A stretch of DNA of 64,000 nucleotides from Methanomassiliicoccaceae archaeon (GTDB taxonomy: Archaea; Thermoplasmatota; Thermoplasmata; Methanomassiliicoccales; Methanomassiliicoccaceae): NCBI GenBank assembly GCA_963728405.1, contig CAVSJV010000005.1, positions 320,001 to 384,000 on the forward strand, read 5' to 3'. The notes under the pieces were generated by a model that saw only the letters and a program-made list of their open reading frames with translations, did no database searches and had not been told where the DNA came from. Positions 52,581 through 61,800 of this stretch are shown here, one piece after another (the first letter of the stretch is position 1; each line of letters begins with the position of its first letter). The position numbers were made by a program, and so were the translations under genes.

Positions 52581-53996
52581 TTGAGGATATTATTGGCGAC
52601 TCCTCCATGGAAGACCACGGAAATGTGGCCACCCCTCGGACTTCTCTACATAGCGGGTAGTGTAAAAGAGGCCCGCGGGGACGAAGTCATCGTGGTCGAT
52701 GCCTTCTGCCAGAACTATACCAAGGAGCAGCTGGTAGAGCGGGTGGTCAAGGAACACCCCGACATACTTGGCATGAACTGCTCCACTCATACTTTCAAGG
52801 CCACTATGGATGCGCTGAAAGATGCGCATGACCGTTTGCCTAGCATGCTCATCGTCCTGGGGGGCTACCATGCCACCTTCGCACCGAAAGAGATCCTTGA
52901 GGCCTATCCGTTCGTGGATTTCATCATCAAGGGGGAGGCGGAGAGGGCGTTCCCCAAGCTCCTCAATCATATCGAGAAGGGAAGCGAACCGTTGGACGTG
53001 GAGGGCATCACCTTCCGCCGGTCGGGAGGGGAATGGCACGAGAATCCGTTATCCCTGATCGAGGACCTCGACTCCTTGCCCTTTCCGGACCGCGACCTGC
53101 TGGGGGATCTGCGGTACGGTTATTATTTCCAAGGCATCCCGTTGACCTTCGGAAAGTTCACCACCATCTCCACGTCCCGGGGATGCCCGTTCACCTGCTC
53201 GTATTGCTCCTGCGCGGCGTTCTCCGAACGCAAGTGGAGATATCGCAGCGCAAAGAACGTGGTCGACGAGCTAGAGATGCTGTATGGGGAGGGCTATCGG
53301 GAATGCGTCTTCATCGATGACAACTTCACTCACCAGATATCTAGGGTCGAGGAGATCTGCCAGCTCATCAAGGAGCGTGGCCTCAAAATGAAGTTCTACT
53401 GTGAGGGGAGGACCAGTCATGCTCAGCTCCCCTTTCTCAAGAAGATGAAGGCCGCCGGGTTCAATGTCATCTACTTCGGCGCCGAATCGGCATCCCCGCA
53501 GGTGCTCAAGTATTACAATAAGAAGCAGACCCCGGACCGCACGGCCGAGGCGGTGGCCAATGCCAAGAAGGCCGGCATGCTGGTCATAACCTCATATATC
53601 ATCGGCGCCCCGGTGGAATCGAAGGAGGCGATCAAGGCCACCATCGGTTTCGCCCAATCCCTCCGTCCCCATGGGGTGCAGTACAACATCTTGGACTATC
53701 TGTTGGGCACACCCCTATGGGCTGAGATGGAGGCAAAGGGGATAGTCAAGGAGGGCGACTGGACCACCAACCACCGGGTCTACGAGTACTTCCCGGAGAA
53801 CGCTTCCAAGGAGGAGCTGGAAGCGTTGGTGAACGAAGGTTACGGCTCCTTCATCGGAGCGTGGAAGAGCGGCGAGGGCCTCCTGGAGTTCTTGCGCATC
53901 ATCATGGTCAATTCCACCGCCCGCAGCGTCATCTTCGGCAACCTGACCAACCCGGCCGCCAGAAAGGCGTTGACCGACGGGCTGAAAGCCTTCTGA
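52581..53996 (+). CDS. B12-binding domain radical SAM protein (class B methyltransferase-like)
   Basis: PPLGLLYIA, IVLGGYHAT, GEAE, SRGCPFTCSYC, DDNF, GAES. Likely TTG start at 52581. Confidence 0.92.
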   Translation: MRILLATPPWKTTEMWPPLGLLYIAGSVKEARGDEVIVVDAFCQNYTKEQLVERVVKEHPDILGMNCSTHTFKATMDALKDAHDRLPSMLIVLGGYHATFAPKEILEAYPFVDFIIKGEAERAFPKLLNHIEKGSEPLDVEGITFRRSGGEWHENPLSLIEDLDSLPFPDRDLLGDLRYGYYFQGIPLTFGKFTTISTSRGCPFTCSYCSCAAFSERKWRYRSAKNVVDELEMLYGEGYRECVFIDDNFTHQISRVEEICQLIKERGLKMKFYCEGRTSHAQLPFLKKMKAAGFNVIYFGAESASPQVLKYYNKKQTPDRTAEAVANAKKAGMLVITSYIIGAPVESKEAIKATIGFAQSLRPHGVQYNILDYLLGTPLWAEMEAKGIVKEGDWTTNHRVYEYFPENASKEELEALVNEGYGSFIGAWKSGEGLLEFLRIIMVNSTARSVIFGNLTNPAARKALTDGLKAF

Positions 53997-54073
53997 GGAC
54001 GAACACCCAATATCAGGGGGTCTTTTCGTCATGATCAAATATGGAGCACGCTCATTCTGCCTGTTGAGAAACG

Positions 54074-54851
54074 ATGGAGAATGAGGCCGTACTGACCAAG
54101 CTGGACGAGCTACGCAAGAGCATGGAAGCGTTCAATGATACCTTGGACCGGGTGAGGTATGATGATTTCAAGACCGTCTTCTATGAACATATCCAGAACA
54201 TCTTCGGACGGCACAGCAAAATGTTGTTCGATTCGGGCATGGATGCGATGAGCGAGTTCTCTTCCTGTGTTAATAGGAAGGAGTGCATGGCTAGCTTCGA
54301 ACGCAGCAGGAAGGAGGTGCTAGCTGCCTTCCAGAGGGATGACATGCACGGTGCACTGATGGTGCTGGAGGACGCCGAGGCCCAACTGACCTACGACAAC
54401 TCGATTTGCACCGACAAGCGTTGCTCCCGATACACCATGGACACATTACGCCAGATCAAGGCACTATTCTCCATTTCGGACAATCTCAAATTTCGCAACT
54501 ACATTCAGCCGGAGACATCGTTCTCCCGGCTGACCTTCAATGGACGGTTGACGAACCACTGGGCCGCAGAGAGGAAGGAACCGACCAGCATGGAGGTGGC
54601 GGCCGCGATCTCCATGTTGGCCAACTCTTGGAGGTTGGAGGTGCTGAAGCTACTGGCGCAGCAGGAACAAAGTTTCTCAGATATGAGTAAGGCCCTCGAC
54701 CTAAAGACCGGGCACCTGCAGTTCCATCTCAGGGTCCTCCAGGAAGCGGGATGCATTAAGAACAACTCCCGGCGAAGGATGTACTCGATCACAGTTGAAG
54801 GGCAGCACTGCCTTGGATGGCGTTCAGGGCTTGGCGAATCGACTTTTATAG
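54074..54851 (+). CDS. ArsR-type winged-HTH regulator with Cys-containing N-terminal domain (Msr-like), frameshift near 54803
   Basis: CVNRKEC and CTDKRC in the N-terminal part. C-terminal LANSWRLEVLKLL...FSDMSKALDLKTGHLQFHLRVL. Confidence 0.8.
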
Positions 54852-54900
54852 TGCTTGACCACGTTAAAAAAACAATCTGGCATCAGCATATAGTATAACA

Positions 54901-54930
54901 AAATATTAAGTAAGAATACTCAAATATTCT
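54901..54930 (+). promoter_or_regulatory. TATA-like box plus palindromic operator upstream of the MtaA-like gene
   Basis: AT-rich AAATATTAAGTA followed by AGAATA-CTCAAA-TATTCT (54913-54930). Confidence 0.5.
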
Positions 54931-55037
54931 CGGAACCGTTCTGCATATGTGGTCGCGGTCTGCGATATGCAGGCGGGTAGAGCGAACGGATCATCGGCCG
55001 AACCGTCCGCCTATCGCGGTCACCCGGGAGGAATTGT

Positions 55038-56153
55038 ATGGTAGATGCATTGAATCACATCGAGAGAGACATGGCCGCGCTGACCAACAAGCCCGCCGAC
55101 CGACTGTCCACATATCCGCTCGCCATGGGAGTATGCCGCCGCTTGCTCAACAACGGCGCCGGGATCACCTATCACGAGTGGGTCACCGACCCGCAGAAGT
55201 TCGCCGACGCCTTCGTGGCCGGTCAGCGCTACTTCGACTTTGACTGGGCCATCGGCCTCATGGACCTGTCGGTCATGGCCGGCGACCTCGGTTCGCATGT
55301 AAGAATGGACGAGCAGAACACCCCGTTCGTCGATGATCCGGCCATCAAGACGATCGAGGACTACGAGAAACTGCAGGTACCCGACATCAAGGATCCCAAG
55401 TCCCGCAGCTATGTTCTCGTCGAGGGAACGGGCAAGTTCGTGGAAGCGATCGGTAAGGAGGTCGTGACCGCCGCGTTCCTGGAGGGCCCACTGCTCGCTT
55501 TGACGCAGACCCGTGGAGCCGAGTTCGTGTTCAAGGACATGTACGACAACGAGTCCTCCCGTGCCGCCGTGCACAAGGCCCTAGCGACCATCACTGAGTA
55601 CGACAAGGAGATGGTCAAGGGGTTCGGGCAGAAGAAACCCGCCGGGCTGGTGTGGGACTATCTATGGGGCTCCTACTCCTGCCTCGGCGACAAGGAGTAC
55701 GCCGAGTTCGAGGGCGACCACAAGTACGCCGGCTGTCTGAACGAGCTGGTGGCCAAGGAGGGCATGGCCTCGTGCATCCACAACTGCGCTGACCTCCCCC
55801 ACCTGGACACTCAGGTCAAGCAGATGAAGCCCGCCATCTACTCGATGGCCTGGTACCCCTTGATCCCCGGTTCGATGCCGGCCAAGGAGGTCATCGCCAA
55901 GGGCTATGCGGACAACTGTCTGATGGCCGGCAACATCGACCCCCAGGGCTACGTGCGGTGGAGCACCGAGAAGATGCAGAAGACCACGATGAACCTGTGC
56001 AACGAGGTCGTCACCGCCCTGAAGGAGCGGGGCCTCGGGGCCCGGTACTGCATCGCCTCCGGCTGCGAGGTGCCTCCGGCGATCGCCACCAAGCTCGAGA
56101 ACATCAAGACCTGCGTCGACACCGTCAAGCAGTACGGTACTTTCCAAACCTGA
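55038..56153 (+). CDS. UroD-fold methylcobamide:CoM methyltransferase-like protein (MtaA/MtbA family)
   Basis: EGPL motif, Zn-ligand pattern HNC...SGCEVP, MAGNIDP. Strong RBS GGAGG and GC3-rich codon usage. Confidence 0.8.
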   Translation: MVDALNHIERDMAALTNKPADRLSTYPLAMGVCRRLLNNGAGITYHEWVTDPQKFADAFVAGQRYFDFDWAIGLMDLSVMAGDLGSHVRMDEQNTPFVDDPAIKTIEDYEKLQVPDIKDPKSRSYVLVEGTGKFVEAIGKEVVTAAFLEGPLLALTQTRGAEFVFKDMYDNESSRAAVHKALATITEYDKEMVKGFGQKKPAGLVWDYLWGSYSCLGDKEYAEFEGDHKYAGCLNELVAKEGMASCIHNCADLPHLDTQVKQMKPAIYSMAWYPLIPGSMPAKEVIAKGYADNCLMAGNIDPQGYVRWSTEKMQKTTMNLCNEVVTALKERGLGARYCIASGCEVPPAIATKLENIKTCVDTVKQYGTFQT

Positions 56154-56180
56154 TGGGGCGCTAGCCCCCATCATTCTTTT
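56151..56180. terminator. Hairpin between convergent genes
   Basis: TGATGGGG-N7-CCCCATCA followed by TTCTTTT. Each arm contains the TGA stop of one of the two convergent genes. Confidence 0.6.
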
Positions 56181-57358
56181 ATCCTCGTTGCCCTCGGTCG
56201 GAAGGTCCACGCGAACCCCGCTGCCCCGAACACCAGGATCGCGGCCAGGAACCAGAAACCACCCAGATACCAGAGGGCGTTCCCCACAATGAGGGCGGTG
56301 ATTATGGGGCCGATGAACTGCCCAATGTCCATCACCGTGTGCAGGAAACCCATCGATGAGCCTGAACCGGATCGAGTGGACAGGTCCGAGACCAGCGCCT
56401 GCGTCGATGAGGTCACCGAGGAAAAGCCCAGGCCGAAGATGGCCGACAGGGCGACCAGCAGGACCGGCTCGATGGTCAGCGGGAACAGCAGCACGGCGAC
56501 GGCGCAGGCCAGCAGGCCGGCGATGATGAACCTGTCCCGTCCATGGCGGTCGGACATTCGCCCGATCAGCGGTTTAGTGAGTACGACCGTGAGCAGCTGC
56601 CCCCCTCCGATAAGGGCCCACCAGACCGGCGCCAGACCCTGGTTCAGGGCGTAGTCGATGGAGAATACCTCGAAAGCGCCGTATGCCAGATACTGGGCCG
56701 CCTCCATCGATGAGGCTACCAGGACCTTTCGGTCGGTAACGATGGACCGCAGCTGTTCTCGGATGGGTGCGTTCTTCGGCCCTTTTTCACCAGGGTCCTC
56801 CCCCTCGCGATAGACGGCGAAGATGGCGATCAGCGCCGACACCCCGGCCAGGCCGACCGCCCAGTAGACGTCACGGTAGTTGAAGTTGGTGAACACGAGG
56901 ACCGCACCGCCGAGGAAAGGTGCGATGCCGCGGCCGACGATGGTCGCGGATGAGTAGAAGGACAGCTTGGCGGCCTTAAGGTCCGGGAAGTTATCCACTA
57001 TGGCCGCGCTGGCCACCGTACCGAAAACGGCGGTGGCGAAGCCATGGTAGAAGCGGACGGCCATGAGCTCACCAGGGCTGGTCACGAAAAGGTAGAGGAA
57101 GGGCGCAGTGGCGAAGACCACGGCCGCCGAGTATATGACCTTCCGACGGCCCAGGAAGTCGGATAATGAGCCGGCTGGTAGGGAGACCAATATGCCTGGC
57201 AATGTGGACGCTGCTGCCACTAGGCCCAGAAGGGCCGTGTCTGCGCCCAGGCTGCGCGCGAAGGGAGCGAGCACCGGGTTCTTGGCCATGGTCGAGCTGA
57301 GGATGGCCAGCGCCCCTGCGAAGCTCAGTCCATAGAAGAATCGGTCCCGTCGGTCCAT
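56171..57358 (-). CDS. MFS transporter (DHA1-like)
   Basis: GSLSDFLGRRK and GRMSDRHGRDR MFS motif A in both halves, ~12 TM. Confidence 0.9.
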   Translation of the reverse strand: MDRRDRFFYGLSFAGALAILSSTMAKNPVLAPFARSLGADTALLGLVAAASTLPGILVSLPAGSLSDFLGRRKVIYSAAVVFATAPFLYLFVTSPGELMAVRFYHGFATAVFGTVASAAIVDNFPDLKAAKLSFYSSATIVGRGIAPFLGGAVLVFTNFNYRDVYWAVGLAGVSALIAIFAVYREGEDPGEKGPKNAPIREQLRSIVTDRKVLVASSMEAAQYLAYGAFEVFSIDYALNQGLAPVWWALIGGGQLLTVVLTKPLIGRMSDRHGRDRFIIAGLLACAVAVLLFPLTIEPVLLVALSAIFGLGFSSVTSSTQALVSDLSTRSGSGSSMGFLHTVMDIGQFIGPIITALIVGNALWYLGGFWFLAAILVFGAAGFAWTFRPRATRIKE

Positions 57359-57448
57359 CAGAGGCACCCGTTCCTTAAACTCCAACGGTGGATTAAATGC
57401 TGCGTAAGGCCATATCCCAACACTTATTCTAGAGGGGGACAGAGGACT

Positions 57449-57595
57449 ATGATCAATAACGATGACGGAAGCGACGTGCTAAAGTGGCATACTCGCTGCT
57501 TCAGCTGCCATTTCAAGGTCCGGTGCCGCGACGAGAAAGTATCGCGCGGCTCGAAGAAGTGTCTCAATCTCTTGAGGCATCAGGAAAAGCACTGA
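57449..57595 (+). CDS. Small 48-aa Cys-rich protein (below ORF-track cutoff)
   Basis: MINNDDGSDVLKWHTRCFSCHFKVRCRDEKVSRGSKKCLNLLRHQEKH*, with purine-rich RBS (GAGGGGGACAGAGG). Its stop abuts the stop of the convergent gene. Confidence 0.6.
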   Translation: MINNDDGSDVLKWHTRCFSCHFKVRCRDEKVSRGSKKCLNLLRHQEKH

Positions 57596-58842
57596 TCACT
57601 GCACCACCCCACCTTGCGAAAGCACAGCGTAGTCTCCTGCCTGATCGGTACGGACGATGACGGCGTGAACAGCGCTCAGACGGGCCAGGGCAGTGGAAGT
57701 GGGATGCCCATAACTGTTCTGCCCGACCTCTATGACCGCTATTGACGGCGTTACTGCGTTCAGGAAGGTGGTCGAAGAGGAGGATGCCGAGCCATGATGG
57801 GCTACCTTCAGCACGTCCACATCCAGCTCTTCCTTGTACATCGAGCATAATGTGTTCTCCACCTCGAAGCCGATGTCTCCGGTGAAAAGGAACGTGCTGA
57901 CTGGACGCGGCCATCCTTATCACGATGCTGGCATCGTTCGCTTCGGCGGACGCGTTGATCGAAAGGACCCTGAAGTCCTCGGTGAGGCTGAGGTCCAGGT
58001 AATCCCCGGCATCCACGTCGCCGCTGGTGTATACGGGGCAGCCCTCGTCCAAGGCCGCATCGATGAAGTTACGGTACGACGAGGTGTTCTTGACCAGCCC
58101 CGGATGGTACACGCTGCGGACCTCCAGTGTTCGGAGCACTTCCTCCGCCCCGCCCAGGTGGTCTTCGTCGGGGTGAGAGATGATGAGCGCGTCGAGGACG
58201 GTCACGGAGCGATTGCTCAGATAGGAGAGCAGGTCCGTCTCCGCTTCAGACGGGCCGGCATCGATCAGGATGTGCTTTCCGTCTGAGGTCTGTATGAGCT
58301 CGGCATCTCCCTGGCCCACATCGATGAAGTCGACCTCGGCGTTCTCGACGATGCTCTCCACCCCGGGCGGGAGGACGTGGATGCTGAAAGGAAACGTTGC
58401 CCGATACATGGTCCGGATAGAGGACCTCAGCATGCCAGATGCCTTGCCTGAGCGGACCGTTCTCGGAGATCACGCTGAAATAGTCTCCGTTGCCGGCGGC
58501 GCTGTCGTTGTTCAGATCATGGTACGACAGGCCCACCCCGGGGAACAGGTCGTCGAACCTGAAGATGCCGGTCTGCGATGACGCCGTCAATGGCCGGTCC
58601 ACGTGGCCCAGTCCGGGAGCGTAGATCCTCATGGTGATGTCGTTCAGTGAGGGCTGGGGATCGAGCTCGCCGAGGTAGATGCTCACCACGCTGTCGTTGA
58701 CCTTGACCAGATGTGGGTCGTCGTCCTGCCCTTGTTTGGCAGGGGTCGTGCTGTTCTTTACCTTACCGTAGACATAGATACCGGCCAGCAGTAACAGGCC
58801 GACCACTATCAGTACCACTAGGACCTTGCCCCATCCCTTCAA
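57596..58842 (-). CDS. Membrane-anchored ComEC/Rec2-like metallo-beta-lactamase fold protein, frameshifted
   Basis: FIDVGQGDA, LIDAG, SHPDEDHLGG, FTGD, LKVAHHGS, NSYGHP. N-terminal TM segment. Confidence 0.85.
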
Positions 58843-58889
58843 AATCTTTCGCCAACACCGCCAGGCGTTCCTCTTCAATCAAACTTTCG

Positions 58890-61800
58890 CTATCCGGGAG
58901 CCTTCTCGGCCTGAGAGGTACGGCACCCTTCCGAGGTGGCCCGGAACCGGCCGGGCGGCACCAGGATCTCGAAACTGGAGCCCTGGCCGCCTTCCCCCGT
59001 TTCTCTAATGGTCATGCCGGAGATCCGCAGGACCTCTTGGATGAGGTGCAGGCCATGGCCTCTTCTCCCCCGGAACTCCCAGTCGAACAGCTTGGGGCGG
59101 TCCTCATCCGATATGCCAACGCCATTGTCCTGGCAAACGATACGTAGGCCCGCCTCGGTGATGGATGTGGACAGCCCTATGAAGGTGGCCGTCCGGCCAT
59201 AGCGGACCGAGTTCTCCACCAGGTTGTGGAAGACCTTCTCCAGCATGGGGTCGGCGAACACCTCGTAGCCGTCCAGGGCGCCATGGACGCTTACTCGGCC
59301 CAGGTCCAGATTGGCCACCCCCTTGCGGTAAGCCTCGGCCAGGTCCATCCAGTGGGCCTCGTTCTGCCCCAGTGACTGGTATTCGCGGGCAAAGGCCATC
59401 TGGTGAGTGATGCTCTGGGCGGCCAGCCTAGCCTTGGCTATCAGCTCCCTGGTCGCGGGGTCGGTGGACCTCACTTCGGCCAGTTGCAGGTAGCCCGACA
59501 GCGCGGTGATCTTGTTATGAACGTCATGCCGGGTGATGTCACCCAGAAGTGAGATCTTGAGCTCCGCAAGTTTGGCGGCCTGTTCGGCCTTCTTCCGTTC
59601 GGTGATGTCCATGATGGTACCGAATATCCCCACCACCTGGCCGTTCTCCTCATACTCCAGACGGGTCCTGGACTGCACGTACTTCATTGTGCCGTCGGCG
59701 ACGATCAGGCGAAAGTCCAGGTCCACCTCGTTCTGTCCGTTCTTTACACGTTCGATGGCATCGGCCATGCGTCCTCGGTCCTCGGGATGGATCGTTCTTT
59801 GCACGAGGTTCATATTCATTTTATGGCCGTGAGCGACCCCCATTATGTTCTTCAGCTCCTCGGAGGTCTGGACCCACCCATCGTTCCAGTTGACCCTGAA
59901 GCTGCCCACCTTGGAGGCCTTTTCGGCCTCTGCCAGCAACCTCCGGCTCTCCATAAGGTGGCGCTCTGCATCCTTGCGTTCGGTGATATCCCGAGCGACC
60001 GTAAGGATCGCCGCCCGTCCCTCGATGTTCACGACCTTGCTGCTTATCTCCACAGGGACGGTCGCTCCGTGCTTGCTGAAATGGCGGGACTCGAACAGCA
60101 GCTCCCCCTCCTGCATTATCTTGGCCAGGGTCTCTCGCATGGTCTGGCGGAGGGACGGCTCGACTATATCGGACAAGCTAGCATCAAGTAGCTCCTCCCG
60201 CGAATAGTCCAGGCGTCGGGAGGCCATGGTGTTCGCCTCCAGCAGTTTACCCTCGGGGTCTACGATCAGAATGATATCGTTAGCGTTGTCAAAGATCTCG
60301 CGGAACCTCCGCTCCATGAGCTGTTTCTCCTCCTCCACCTGCCTCTTTTCCGTGATGTCAGTGACCGTGCCGATGATGTACGAGGGGGTGCCATCCACGG
60401 CGGCGACGACCTTGCCGGAGCTCTGGAAGATCTTGAACCCATTGCCCACACGAACACGGTAGATGATATCGTATGGCGACATGGTCTCCACCGCTCTCCT
60501 CACTCCCCCCTTTAGTCCGGGCAGGTCCTCAGGGTGCACCAGCATAAAGTATTCTTCAATGGTCGGCTCGTCCCGGCCGGGGTCCAAGCCCACGAGGTGA
60601 AACATCTCCTCCGACCACTTGACCTCCCAGGTACCAATATTGTACCGGTAGCTGCCAGTTCGCGATTGCTTCTGGGCCTCGGCCAGCAGTCTCTGGCTCT
60701 CCAGGAGTTTTCGCTCCGCCTCCTTGAGGTCGGTCACATCCATTATGGTGCCGAAGATGCCGACGACATCCCCATCCTCGTTCAGTTCGATCTTCCCGCG
60801 ATTATGGATGTATCTTAGCCGGCCATCCGGTGTGAACAGTCGGTACACGAAATCGATCTCCGTGTCCTTCTCCGGCATCTCCCACCAGGCCTGGTTCACC
60901 ATGTCCCGGTCCTGCGGAAGGACCAGTTTGAGATACTCCTCCCTCCTGGACCATTCTCTGATCGGATCGATCCCGCAGATGCGGAACGCCTCGTCCGTCC
61001 ATTCTGAGATGCCCTTCCCCAGATCTATGTGGTAGCCACCGATGTGGGCCGTGCTCTGGGTCTGCCGGAGGAGATGCTCCGAACTGAGAAGCCGGCGTTC
61101 TGCATCCTTACGTTCGGAGATGTCCCGGGCGATGCAAAGAAGCACCTTGCCATCGCCGTATATGATGGGGGTGCTGTTCACTTCGACCGGCGTCTCCCGG
61201 CCGTCCCTGGTTAGGTGTATCGTTTCGACCATGCCTTGGGACCCGCTCAACTGCCCAGCGATCTGTTGGACCGTCTCCTCGAGGCGATATCGCCCGTCAA
61301 AATCCGCCACATTCATGTGCACCAGCTCGCGGTAGGCATATCCGAGCCGCTGGCAGGCCACCTTGTTCACTTCCAGGAGGCGTCCGGTGCGGTCGATGAT
61401 GTAGATGGCATCATTGGCGTGGTCGAAGATGTCGCGGAACTTGCGTTCCGTGTTGTATAGGTCCTCTTTGGCCTCCCGTCTCTCCGTCACGTCCCGGGAG
61501 CATAGCACCAGGCCTTCGATCTGGCCTTTCGATCCTCTAAGGGGAGAGCCTAACGTTTCGAGCCAAATGTAATTGCCGTCGGAGTGGAGGTAACGGAATT
61601 CGGTGGAGGCCACCGTAATTCCTCTGAGGGCCTCGGCCAGGAACCAATGGACCCTATCTCGGTCCTCCGGATGCACATGGCGGACATAATTTTGGCCCAG
61701 ACAGATCTCCATTTCATAGCCCAGGACGGTCCTGACGGAAGGACTGGAATAGTTGATGATCCCGTCACGGTCGACCTGGGTGATCACATCTTTCATGTTA

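Noticed and set aside
57596-58842. Natural competence (ComEC DNA channel)
   Set aside because: Only the metallo-beta-lactamase domain is present. The multi-TM competence domain is absent.
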